The notes under the pieces: model-generated
Databases searched by the model: none
What the model saw: only the letters and a program-made list of their open reading frames with translations
Told to the model about the DNA's origin: nothing
Shown: in pieces, positions 26,014-35,376 of the stretch
Layout: each line of letters starts with the position of its first letter
How positions within the stretch are numbered: the stretch's first letter is position 1
Source of the DNA: Planctomycetota bacterium
GTDB lineage: Bacteria > Planctomycetota > B15-G4
Direction: 5' to 3'
NCBI GenBank assembly: GCA_038212275.1
Contig: JBBQUR010000025.1
Coordinates: 1 to 63,682 of the forward strand
Length of the DNA: 63,682 bases
Program-made: the position numbers and the translations under genes

Positions 26014-27924
26014 ATGAGACGCATGATGACGGTCAGGATGCTCCTGCTCGGTGTCGCCCTGTGCTGTGTCACGGCAGGCACCCATGCGCATGGCACGATC
26101 TCGAATCCGCAGCCTGCGAGTGGCCCGCCGATGAGCGGGCCCACGCAGAGCCCATCGGGTCCCGGGGGGGCTCCCGCCTCCCACAAGAAGGCGGCCACTT
26201 CCGGGGCGTCATCGCCGTCCACCGCTCAGGCCGGCGACTCCAAGGGGCGGGCCAACGGGGCCGGGGCCACGGGAGCGGGGGCCATTTCCGGCAGCGCCAT
26301 GAGCACGAATGCCTGGGAGCTGTGGTGGGACCACAACAAGGATCCGTTCGTCATGCGGCGGACGACCGCGCGACGGACCAGCAGCGGCTCGAGCGGCGCC
26401 CTCACGTCCCGCGGGCGCCGCAGCGCGGCGGGCAACGAAGATCTGGAACTGCTGCGCGCGCAGATCATCGCGGCGATGCAGCAGGTTCTGCAGCAGGAGA
26501 CCGACCCCGAGCTGTGCGACTCCGCAACCCTTGCCCTCGCGCGGGTGTCGGCCGAGAACCTCGCCGAGTCCGTCGACCCCGACCTGCGCAAGGGGCTCCT
26601 GCACGACACGCTCTCGGTGCGCACGTCCGCAACGCTCTCGCTGGGTGTGCTCGGCGCGCGACGCTCGCTGCCGCTGCTGAACTCGCTCATGGCGGATACG
26701 TCGGCAGGGCGGGCGGCGATGGGAGGCGGCTCGGTGCCGTGGAGCGTGCGTGCCTATGCGGCTCTCTCGCTCGGCCTCATCAATGCTCCGCTGGCCATCG
26801 AGCCGCTGCTGGATGTTGCGCGCTCGGCGCCGGCGTCGGAACGCGAGGTGCGCGCCACGGCCGTGACCGCGCTCGGACTCATGCAGTGCGACGATGCCGC
26901 CCAGGTCGTGACCGGCCTGCTGTCCATCGTGAGCGACGAGAAGATCGATCCGGTGGTGCGCGCCTGCGCCGTCACGTCACTCGGCCGCCTCGGCGACATC
27001 GCGGCGCTGCCCGCGCTTCTCAAGGCCTTCCGCGACGACGCGACGGAACAGGTCGTGCGGCAGTCGCTTGCCCAGGCGCTCGGCATTCTGGGCAGCCTGC
27101 GGCAGACGGAGCCCGCAGCATCGCTCGTGGCCTGCGTGAAGAAGGAGTCCGACGCGACAACCCGGCAGTTCGCGTGGATCGCGCTTGGCCGCCTGGGCGC
27201 GCGCGACGGCGGTCCCGACCTGTCGCAGCCGCGCGACAATCTCGTGACGCTCATGCGCAACGGCCTGCTGAACCCCGAGCACTCCGCCGACGTCAGCTGG
27301 GCCGCGCTGGCAGCGGGGCTCTTCGGCGCCGGCCAGCCGGCTGCGGCGCCGGCGCTGCTGGCACCCTTGACCAGGGTCTACACCGGCGCCTCGGATCCTT
27401 CGACGAGATCGGCGTGCGCCGTCGCGCTCGGGCTCTGCGGCGCCGACAGCATGGCGGACCTCCTGCTCAAGGACCTGGTCGAGTCGACGGATGCCTCGGT
27501 CCGGGGTTATGCCGCGGTGAGCCTCGGGCTGCTCGGAGAGACCCAGGCGGCTTCCGCGATGGTGGACCTCTGCAAGGACAGGTCGATCAGCGACACGGTG
27601 CGTCAGCAGGCCGCGAGTGCGATCGCGATGATCGGCGATGCGTCGGCCGCGCCGGCACTGCTCGCCGAGCTCACCGAGTCGAAGTCGCTGGAGTACGCGT
27701 CCTCGATGAGCCGCGCGCTGGGGCAGCTCCGCGACCCGCGCATGATCGGGCCGCTCATCGCGCTGGCGCAGGATCCCGGGGCGCGTGTCGTGGCGCGCTC
27801 GTTTGCCTGCGTGGCCCTCGGCCTCGTGGGCGACAAGCTCGACCTGCGCTTCAACACGCGCATCGAGCAGGACTACAACTACCTGGCCGGAGTCGCCACG
27901 ATCGACGAGATCGTCAGCCTCTAG
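26014..27924 (+). CDS. Secreted HEAT-repeat protein
   Basis: AGGAG RBS, signal peptide (THA-HG), low-complexity linker, WELWW motif and repeated VR..A..ALG.LG units. Confidence 0.85.
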   Translation: MRRMMTVRMLLLGVALCCVTAGTHAHGTISNPQPASGPPMSGPTQSPSGPGGAPASHKKAATSGASSPSTAQAGDSKGRANGAGATGAGAISGSAMSTNAWELWWDHNKDPFVMRRTTARRTSSGSSGALTSRGRRSAAGNEDLELLRAQIIAAMQQVLQQETDPELCDSATLALARVSAENLAESVDPDLRKGLLHDTLSVRTSATLSLGVLGARRSLPLLNSLMADTSAGRAAMGGGSVPWSVRAYAALSLGLINAPLAIEPLLDVARSAPASEREVRATAVTALGLMQCDDAAQVVTGLLSIVSDEKIDPVVRACAVTSLGRLGDIAALPALLKAFRDDATEQVVRQSLAQALGILGSLRQTEPAASLVACVKKESDATTRQFAWIALGRLGARDGGPDLSQPRDNLVTLMRNGLLNPEHSADVSWAALAAGLFGAGQPAAAPALLAPLTRVYTGASDPSTRSACAVALGLCGADSMADLLLKDLVESTDASVRGYAAVSLGLLGETQAASAMVDLCKDRSISDTVRQQAASAIAMIGDASAAPALLAELTESKSLEYASSMSRALGQLRDPRMIGPLIALAQDPGARVVARSFACVALGLVGDKLDLRFNTRIEQDYNYLAGVATIDEIVSL

Positions 27925-27995
27925 GGTCTCCGGCGGACGGCACGGACCTTTCCGCTAGACTCGGCACCCGTGACCACGGCCGGGAGTCGACGCAC

Positions 27996-28148
27996 ATGAA
28001 CTGGATTGCGCTCGTCGTCGTCATCCTGGGGATTGTCCTGGTTCTCAAGGTGGCGGGCTTTCTGTTCAAGCTGCTGCTGCTCGTGATCGTGCTGGGTGGG
28101 GTGTATTGGTTGCTCGCCCCGCATGTGGGCCTGCCACTCCCGATGTAG
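27996..28148 (+). CDS. Small 2-TM membrane protein (50 aa)
   Basis: GGGAG RBS and MNWIALVVVILGIVLVLKVAGFLFKLLLLVIVLGGVYWLLAP. Confidence 0.75.
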   Translation: MNWIALVVVILGIVLVLKVAGFLFKLLLLVIVLGGVYWLLAPHVGLPLPM

Positions 28149-28422
28149 GAGATCGCGTCCATCAGGGCCGTCCGCCGACGAACTCCGCTCGGGCGCCGAG
28201 ATGCCAATTGTCGCCGGGATGGCGACAGGGCGCTCGGGCATCGGTGTTCGCTCAGTCTCAGCCGGATCAGCCCTCCGCCGGGCGACGTTGACAGAGTTCC
28301 CTGATCCACTAGACTCCTGAGGCTCAGGGGCCGAGTTTCGATTGTCGAGTGAACGGGTGGATATCCATCGCGTGAAGGGCAGTCCACGGCACTTGGCCAC
28401 ATCGAATTGAAGAGGACCCACC

Positions 28423-30453
28423 ATGAACTTGCCCCGTCTCCGTGAAGTCACCACGTTGCTGCTCGCTCTGGGGATGGCTGGTGTGCTCGTCGAGCGTTCC
28501 GCCGGTCAGGTCGTCAGCCTGCCCTTCCAGCTCACGGACGTGGCCGGCGACCCCCTCGCGCAGGACTTCTGCGGTGTGGACTTCAGCTTCACGGACCCGG
28601 ACACGTTCAACGCGCTCGACGCGGGCGGCGTGAGCATTGCCGACTTCGACAACGACGGCCTGCAGGACCTCTTCTTTCCGGCGAGCACCGGAGCCAGCAG
28701 CAAGCTCTACAGGAACCTCGGCAACATGAACTTCGTCGACGTGGCTCCCGCGAGCGGCGTCACGGATCCGGCCTCCTGCTCCGCAGCGGCGCTCTTCATC
28801 GACTACGACCATGACGGAGACCTCGATCTCTTCGTCGTGTCGCATCTCGGGAAGCCGGGCTTCCCTCTCGGGCCGCGCTTCAAGCTCTTCAGGAATCGGG
28901 GCGCCGTCGCGAACTACGCATACACCGACGTCACGTCGACGGCCGGATTCGCCCTTGGCCCGACGAGCAAGCTGACCAACTGGGGCCTCGTGAGCGGCAT
29001 CTGCGCCGGCGACTTCAACCACGACGGATGGGTCGACCTGTTCGCGGCCTGGAACGCCACCAACGTGTCCACCCAGGACCAGTGGCGGCTCATGCGCAAT
29101 GCGCCCAATCCGACGCCGGGAGATCCGCTCGATCCCAACTACACGCCCCGCATCTTCATCGATGCGACGCCGTCTTCCGGCATTCAGGGCGAGTTCGGTG
29201 GCGAGCCGTGGCAGGCGATGTTCTGGGACGTGAACCGTGACGGCTGGCCCGACCTGCACATCCCGCACGATTACACGACCGACTTGATGTTCATCAACAA
29301 CAAGAACGGGACCTGGACGAACGTGGCCACGTCCGTCGGCCTCAACGGCAACCCGGTCGAGAATCGCAACGAAATGGGCTCCGCCCTGGCGGACCCGGAC
29401 AATGATCTCGACGAAGATCTGCACATGACCAACCGCGACTTCCTGGATCGTTTCTATCGCAACGACTCCATCGGCACGGTCCTCAGCTTCACCGACGCGG
29501 CCACGTTGACCGGTCTCAACGACTCGTCCTTCGGCTGGGGCACGACCTTCCTCGACCTTGACAATGACGGCGACCTGGATCACATGTCGGTGACGTCGTC
29601 CGTGCATGACCTCAGCAAGAAGTCCTCCAATCCGGTGCAGCTCAACCTGTTCCCGCAGCGGCTGCGTGACGGCCTGAACGTGAAGTGGCAGACGGTCACG
29701 AACCTCCTGCCCGAGTTCAGCCTGGTGAACACGACTCAGGGTGACTTCGCGCGCGGGCTGGCGGCGGGCGATCTGGACGGCGACGGTGACATGGATTGCG
29801 TCGTCACGCGCGACTTCGAGCGGGCCCGAGTGATGAAGAACACGCTCGTGTCCAGCAACGCGTGGATCGAGGTGGACCTGGTGAATTCGGGCGGCAGCCT
29901 CGACAACACGGGCGTGCGCATCTATCTGCGGGATGATGGCGTCACCCAGCTCCGCGAGGTCTTCACCGGCTCGAGCTTCCTCTGCCAGGAATCGCCCCGC
30001 CTGCATTTCGGTCTGGGCAAGCCCTCTCTTCCCTTCGGAACGGCGGACGTCTCGCCGGGTGCCATGTCGGGCGAGCTGCTCGGAAGCGAGTCGGTTGGCA
30101 GCCTGCCGCTGCAGCCCGCGAGGTCTGCCGACGGGACCGGCATCAACAAGCAGGTCGATCCGCTCTGGGTCGTCGTCCGCTGGACGGACGGCTCCTGCCA
30201 GATCGTGAACGAACCCGCGAGCAACTCCATTCTCACCATCGTGCGTTCGTTGGTGAACGACGTCGGTGATCTTGACGCCGACGGCCATCTCACCGTCCTG
30301 GATCAGGGACTGCTGCTCCTCGCCACGCAGAATCTGGCCGCCTATGAGGCTCTGTATCCGCGGTCTCCGGCTGTGGTCGTGGGCGACGTGGACAACAACG
30401 GGCTGCTCAATGGCGATGACCTCACGGCCTGGGCGGCGTTGCCTCCGCACTAG
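28423..30453 (+). CDS. CRTAC1/ASPIC-UnbV-like FG-GAP repeat protein with C-terminal dockerin/EF-hand-like motifs
   Basis: Repeated DFDNDGLQDL-type motifs; TQLREVFTGSSFLCQESPRLHFGLG (ASPIC/UnbV); GDLDADGHLTVLD and GDVDNNGLLNGDD. Confidence 0.88.
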   Translation: MNLPRLREVTTLLLALGMAGVLVERSAGQVVSLPFQLTDVAGDPLAQDFCGVDFSFTDPDTFNALDAGGVSIADFDNDGLQDLFFPASTGASSKLYRNLGNMNFVDVAPASGVTDPASCSAAALFIDYDHDGDLDLFVVSHLGKPGFPLGPRFKLFRNRGAVANYAYTDVTSTAGFALGPTSKLTNWGLVSGICAGDFNHDGWVDLFAAWNATNVSTQDQWRLMRNAPNPTPGDPLDPNYTPRIFIDATPSSGIQGEFGGEPWQAMFWDVNRDGWPDLHIPHDYTTDLMFINNKNGTWTNVATSVGLNGNPVENRNEMGSALADPDNDLDEDLHMTNRDFLDRFYRNDSIGTVLSFTDAATLTGLNDSSFGWGTTFLDLDNDGDLDHMSVTSSVHDLSKKSSNPVQLNLFPQRLRDGLNVKWQTVTNLLPEFSLVNTTQGDFARGLAAGDLDGDGDMDCVVTRDFERARVMKNTLVSSNAWIEVDLVNSGGSLDNTGVRIYLRDDGVTQLREVFTGSSFLCQESPRLHFGLGKPSLPFGTADVSPGAMSGELLGSESVGSLPLQPARSADGTGINKQVDPLWVVVRWTDGSCQIVNEPASNSILTIVRSLVNDVGDLDADGHLTVLDQGLLLLATQNLAAYEALYPRSPAVVVGDVDNNGLLNGDDLTAWAALPPH

Positions 30454-30490
30454 AGTCCAGAGGAGCGCACCATCGGGCGACGATGTCCGT

Positions 30491-30546
30491 GGCATCGTGC
30501 CGGTGGCATCGTGCCGGCGGCATCGTGCCGGCGGCATCGTGCCGGT
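30491..30546. repeat. 14-bp tandem repeat x4 (GGCATCGTGCCGGY)
   Basis: Four consecutive intergenic units, each containing the mini-palindrome GGCA-TCG-TGCC. Confidence 0.92.
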
Positions 30547-30667
30547 GAATCCGTGGCCGGCGCCTCGGCTGGCGCGGCCTGAGGGCCCGTCAACCGGCGC
30601 CTGAAAATTCCGGACCTGCAGGCGAGCAGGTATTCGATGATGCCTGCGGCCAGGATCCGCCTTCCGC

Positions 30668-31654
30668 ATGCCCTCACTTCAGCCGTCGCCCGTTGTGCCC
30701 GAACAGCCGCTGCCGCAGTTGTCGTGGCGGTCGTTCCTCTTCGCGCTGGCGGTGACGCTGGCCATCTTCTTCGGGCTCCACCCGCTGTGGCTCCCGATGG
30801 ACATGGACGCGATGGATCGCAACATCGCGTGGAGCTACGCGCCGATCCCGCTGCTGGTGCTCGTGCTGCTCGCCGTCGAGCGCAAGCTGCGCTGGGCCAC
30901 CTTCCTGATCGAGACGGTGAGGCTGACGCTCGTCAAATTCGTGCTCACCTTCCTCGTCGCCAACATCCTGTGGGCGGTTGTCGGGCCACCGGCCGCGGCC
31001 AGCCCGCTGCGCGCCAGTCCCCTGGCGGTCGATGCGACGGGGCGCTTCGAGGTGCGTGACGCGCCGCCGGCCACGCCGATCGATCCCGCCCTCACCGGCC
31101 GCCTGTCTGGTCTCGTCACGGACGCCGGGGGTGCGCCGCTGGCCGGCGTCTTCGTCGCGGTGACCGGCGGCCTCGACGACGTGGTCTTCGCGCCGCCTCC
31201 CGGAGGTCTCGTGCTGACGCACGACGGCAGCGGCCTGCAGCCGGAGACCGCCGTCGTGCAGGTGTACGAGCCGCTCGTCCTGCGTGGCGTGGCGGGCGCC
31301 TTTCACACCGTCTGCGCGATCGACGACGCGCATCGGCCGCTCTTCAACGTGCCGCTCGTGTCGGCGGCCGAGCGCACGCTCATGTTCCATCGCGCGATGG
31401 GTCGCGTCTCGCTCACGTGTTCGGTGCACGGCCACAGTGATCACGTCACCGAGCTGGTCGTCGTCACCAACCCGTTCGGCATGTGGACCGGCGCCGACGG
31501 CCGCTTCGCATTCGACGGCGTGCCGGCAGCCGATGGCGCGCGTGACGGACGCCTGCAGATCACCGCGCGCGGTCCGACCGGCGCGCAGGCGCAGCTCCTC
31601 GTGTCGCTTGCGCCCGGCGACTCGCTGGGGGACCTGCGCCTCTCGCTGCGCTGA
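30668..31654 (+). CDS. Membrane protein with carboxypeptidase-regulatory-like/cupredoxin-like soluble domain
   Basis: Three N-terminal TMs; GRLSGLVTDAGGAPLAGVFV; LTCSVHG; TGADGRFAFDGVP. Confidence 0.65.
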   Translation: MPSLQPSPVVPEQPLPQLSWRSFLFALAVTLAIFFGLHPLWLPMDMDAMDRNIAWSYAPIPLLVLVLLAVERKLRWATFLIETVRLTLVKFVLTFLVANILWAVVGPPAAASPLRASPLAVDATGRFEVRDAPPATPIDPALTGRLSGLVTDAGGAPLAGVFVAVTGGLDDVVFAPPPGGLVLTHDGSGLQPETAVVQVYEPLVLRGVAGAFHTVCAIDDAHRPLFNVPLVSAAERTLMFHRAMGRVSLTCSVHGHSDHVTELVVVTNPFGMWTGADGRFAFDGVPAADGARDGRLQITARGPTGAQAQLLVSLAPGDSLGDLRLSLR

Positions 31655-31725
31655 GGCGCCCAGCCTTCCGGCACGAGGCGCGCGTGCCGAGGGCTGTTAT
31701 TCTCTCGACGGTCAGGAGTCCCGCC

Positions 31726-32466
31726 ATGCGCACCCGAAAGCCGACAGTCCCCGCGACGCCGGGCGTGCGCAGCGCGTCTTGGCTGTACGTCGTCCTCGGC
31801 CTGCTGTTCCTCGTGGAGTTCGTCGTCCTCGCCTGGCATCCGACGTCGCGCTCGGACTGGCTGCTCGAGAACGCGCTCTCGCTGGCGCTCATCGGGTTGC
31901 TGCTCGTCACGTACCGGCGCTTCCGGCTGTCGAAGCTCTCCTACGTGCTCATCTTCTGCTTCCTCACGCTGCACGAAATCGGCGCCCACTACACCTACGC
32001 AGACGTTCCCTACGATGCGTTCTTCAGGCGCACGATCGGCTGGTCGCCCGACGCGACCTTCGGATTCGAGCGCAACAACTACGACCGCCTCGAGCACTTC
32101 TCCTACGGCCTGATGCTTGCCTACCCGATCCGCGAGGTCTTCCTGCGCATCGCCGACGCGAAGGGCATCTGGGGTTACGTGCTCCCTCTCGACGTGGCGA
32201 TGTCCACCTCGGTGATTTACGAGCTCATCGAGTGGCGGGCCGCCGTGGTCTTCGGCGACGGACTCGGCGCGGACTTCCTCGGATCGCAGGGCGATGTCTG
32301 GGACGCGCAGTGGGACATGGCGCTCGCCGCGCTCGGCGCCTTCCTGGCCATGGCCATCACCGCGGCCGTCAACGCCTCGATGCAGCGCGACTTCGCGCGC
32401 GAGCTGGCAGAGAGCCTGCGGGTCAAGCAAGCGGAACCGCTGGACGAGGTCAACGACGGTCCTTGA
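31726..32466 (+). CDS. DUF2238 (YjdF-like) inner-membrane protein
   Basis: DWLLEN, LHEIGAHYTYADVP, ERNNYDRLEHFSYG, YELIEW and FLGSQGDVWDAQWDM. Confidence 0.9.
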   Translation: MRTRKPTVPATPGVRSASWLYVVLGLLFLVEFVVLAWHPTSRSDWLLENALSLALIGLLLVTYRRFRLSKLSYVLIFCFLTLHEIGAHYTYADVPYDAFFRRTIGWSPDATFGFERNNYDRLEHFSYGLMLAYPIREVFLRIADAKGIWGYVLPLDVAMSTSVIYELIEWRAAVVFGDGLGADFLGSQGDVWDAQWDMALAALGAFLAMAITAAVNASMQRDFARELAESLRVKQAEPLDEVNDGP

Positions 32467-32470
32467 GCCT

Positions 32471-34111
32471 TCAGGGCTTCCGCGTCAGCACCACGATGTT
32501 CGGCCAGTAGCGATCGGGAGAGGTCGGATCTAGCCACAGCGGCGCTCGCGAGCCGTGCGCCGGCCCGAAGCGCTCGACCTCGTAGCCTGGCGGGCCGTCG
32601 AACAGCGCGCTCACGAAGCGCCGCTGTTCGGCAGTCCAGCGCCAGCCTTCGTCGGCGGAGAGGACGATCACGGGCGGCGCGCGTTGCGCCACGCCGGCCA
32701 GGCTCATGTCGCGCGCCTGCGCGACGTGCAGGCCCACGGCATCCAGGCCGGGGAGGTGATTGGGGTCCTGGTAGGTCTCGACGGTCGTGCCTGGCGCGAT
32801 GCGCGTCGCGATCCACGTCTGCGCGAGCCGTCGCGAGTCTCCCGTGAGCGCCCAGGCCACCTGCGCGGCGTGCGCGAAGGCCGCGAGCAGCAGCAGCGCA
32901 CCTGCCGCGCGCACGAGTCGCACAGGCGTGCGCGTTGCACGCCCAGCGCCGGTCGCAGCGCCGAGGCTCCCGGCGGACAGGCCGTCGAGCAAGGCATCGG
33001 CGCGGCAGGCGACGAAGAGGCACGTGAACATCACGGCCGGCATGACATAGCGCGGTTGCTCGAAGCCGAGCCAGCCCATCAGCAGCACGAGGTAGAGCGC
33101 CGCGAGGCCCAGCCAGACGAGCCCGGTGCGCGAGCGCACGAAGGCGAAGGACAGCAGCCCCGCCAGCGTGGCGATCGCCAGGGCCGGAGAACCGACGAAA
33201 AGAATGTCGCGCAGCGAGTTGCGCGCGAGGTCCAGCACAGTGACGTGCGTCGCCGCGATGTCGGCGAAGTGCGCGAGGTCCGCTCGCCACGCGGCCTGCC
33301 GTCGGACCCATTGCGCCGGATCACGGAGCAGGTCCGAGGTGAGTGCCCAGGCCAGCAGGCCGGTGCCCGCCGCGAGGGCGAGGTCGAGCAGCGCGCGCTT
33401 CCTGTCCTTCGCGCGAGCCGTCCACGTGAGCGCCGGCACGGCAAGTGCGAAGGGGATGATCGCGAAGATCAGTTGATCCTTGGTGCCGAGTCCGGCGACC
33501 GCGATGAGCGCGAGGACCAGGAGCCGTCCGCGCGAGGGCTGTTCCTTCACGCGCAGGAACTGCAGCACGGTCGCCGCGAGCCAGAAGCACATGGGTACGT
33601 CCACGTTCGAGCTGCGCGCGAAGAGCGCGACCACCGGGGCGAGCCCCCAGAGCGCCGCGCCGAAAAGCGCCGCCTGCGGATGGCGCACCAGCCGCCTGGC
33701 CGCGGCCCACAGCAGCAGCACGCTGCCCACGTGCAGCGCGACGGTCACGCCGCGTGCGATGAGCAGGATCGTCGTGAGCGCCCCGGTCGGATCGGTGAAA
33801 ACGGAGGCGCCCACCGTCTCGAGCGACGTGCCCGCCAGGTGCAGGCCGCCGGTCAGGGAGAGCCAGCCGAGGTACGGTGCGTACGCCGCGCCCAGCAGCA
33901 TGAGGTGCACCTTCGGATACTTCGTGTCGCTCAGGAAGAAGTGCCGCATCGCGTCCAGCGCAGGCTTGGCCGCATCGTCCACGTGCGGCGCCACGCCGTG
34001 CGGCAGGCCCCAGGAAAAGCCGGTCAGGTCGAGGGCCAGCACCGCCAGAAGCAGTGCGACGAGTGCAATGCGCGGGGTGGCGGCACGCGGCGGCAGAGCG
34101 GATGCAGGCAC
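32471..34111 (-). CDS. GT-C (family 39/ArnT-like) membrane glycosyltransferase
   Basis: WGLP...HVDD after TM1, NVDVPMCFW, GLGTK, PRYVMP, and DSR..AQTWI...IAPG C-terminal domain. Probable GTG start at 34111. Confidence 0.75.
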   Translation of the reverse strand: MPASALPPRAATPRIALVALLLAVLALDLTGFSWGLPHGVAPHVDDAAKPALDAMRHFFLSDTKYPKVHLMLLGAAYAPYLGWLSLTGGLHLAGTSLETVGASVFTDPTGALTTILLIARGVTVALHVGSVLLLWAAARRLVRHPQAALFGAALWGLAPVVALFARSSNVDVPMCFWLAATVLQFLRVKEQPSRGRLLVLALIAVAGLGTKDQLIFAIIPFALAVPALTWTARAKDRKRALLDLALAAGTGLLAWALTSDLLRDPAQWVRRQAAWRADLAHFADIAATHVTVLDLARNSLRDILFVGSPALAIATLAGLLSFAFVRSRTGLVWLGLAALYLVLLMGWLGFEQPRYVMPAVMFTCLFVACRADALLDGLSAGSLGAATGAGRATRTPVRLVRAAGALLLLAAFAHAAQVAWALTGDSRRLAQTWIATRIAPGTTVETYQDPNHLPGLDAVGLHVAQARDMSLAGVAQRAPPVIVLSADEGWRWTAEQRRFVSALFDGPPGYEVERFGPAHGSRAPLWLDPTSPDRYWPNIVVLTRKP

Positions 34112-34405
34112 GCCGCTCAATGTATCGCAGCATGCAGCGGCCTGGAGGCGCGCGCCGGGCGATCCGCTCGACTCACGCGACGAAGGCGCAGGATTCCGCT
34201 GAGGGGGTAGGAAAAGTCTGCTCCACCATGGCGCCTTGGTCATGCATCGGTGCCGCGCGCCACGGGTTGAATCCGGGACACAGTTTTCCAGCGGTCCCGG
34301 GAACCGCACCGGTGGCTTGTGCGACCTGGACGAGTGTTCCCGGAGCACAGGCTTCGCCTCCGGTCGAACTGCCCCGGCCCGCGCGTCCGAAAGAGGATTC
34401 TTCCC

Positions 34406-35236
34406 ATGATGTACCGCACATGCTGCCCGCCCCTGATGCGTCGGCTGCTCCTCGTGCCGCTTGCCATGCTCGCACTGCTGATGGCAACGCCCTCCGCGCA
34501 CGCGACCAACGGCATCTTCTCCACGTGGAAGTCCAAGTATCCGACCTCGACCAGCGACGACAATGTCGTCACGGGCACCGGCACCGGCTGCGCGCTCTGC
34601 CACGTGAGCAGCTCGGGCGGCGGCAACTACAACGCCTACGGCTACAAGCTCCGTGAACTCATCCAGGCGGGCAACACCAGCACGAATGCGATCACGCTCG
34701 CCGCCACGTTCAATTCGGACGCGGACCCGACGGCCTCGAACAATCTGGACGAGATCAGCGCCAACTCGCAGCCCGGCTGGACCAAGGGCGCGACCAACAC
34801 GACCTACAACAATTCCGGCACGCCGACGCCGGGCCAGAACCCGCCCGCCATCGCCGGCGACTTGAACCCGGTGTGGGTCGATCTCGGCCTTGCGCTGCCA
34901 GGAACGAGTGGCACTCCGAAGCTCGCCGGCACGGGCACGCTGGTTGCCAACACGGCTCTGACCCTGACTCTCACTTCAGCGCTGCCCAATGCGCCAGCGT
35001 TCTTCATCGTCGGCTTCGCCAACCTGAATGCGCCGTTCAAGGGCGGAACGCTGGTGCCATCGGTGACGCTCAGCGTCGCCCTGACCACGGGGCCGACGGG
35101 CCAGATCGTGCTGCCGGCGACATGGCCTGCGGCCGTACCTGCCGGCTTCCCGATCTACCTGCAGTACTGGATCAAGGACGCAGGCGGCGCGAAGGGCTTC
35201 TCGTCGTCGAACGGCCTGAAGGCCATCGCGAACTGA
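34406..35236 (+). CDS. Secreted monoheme c-type cytochrome with ~120-aa C-terminal beta-rich module
   Basis: Signal peptide (AHA), CALCH heme motif, NAYG and C-terminal WVDLG..LPG...YLQYW...SNGL. Confidence 0.75.
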   Translation: MMYRTCCPPLMRRLLLVPLAMLALLMATPSAHATNGIFSTWKSKYPTSTSDDNVVTGTGTGCALCHVSSSGGGNYNAYGYKLRELIQAGNTSTNAITLAATFNSDADPTASNNLDEISANSQPGWTKGATNTTYNNSGTPTPGQNPPAIAGDLNPVWVDLGLALPGTSGTPKLAGTGTLVANTALTLTLTSALPNAPAFFIVGFANLNAPFKGGTLVPSVTLSVALTTGPTGQIVLPATWPAAVPAGFPIYLQYWIKDAGGAKGFSSSNGLKAIAN

Positions 35237-35255
35237 GCTGACTCTTCGCGTTCAG

Positions 35256-35298
35256 GCGCGCACGCGGCGGGACCATCGGTGTCCCGTCGCGTGCGCGC
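35256..35298. terminator. GC-rich hairpin between convergent genes
   Basis: GCGCGCACGCGGCGGGAC-CATCGGT-GTCCCGTCGCGTGCGCGC: 18-bp stem with one G-T pair and only a weak U tract. Confidence 0.55.
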
Positions 35299-35376
35299 GC
35301 TGCTTTCCGGACCGGTTCGTGGGGCAGTGGTGCGGCCGTCGCTCGTGGCAGCGCCGGCTCGCAGGCGCGGGACCGC

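Noticed and set aside
32471..34603. 710-aa version of the GT-C gene
   Set aside because: The first ~164 codons overlap the divergent promoter and cytochrome gene; the start is about 34111.
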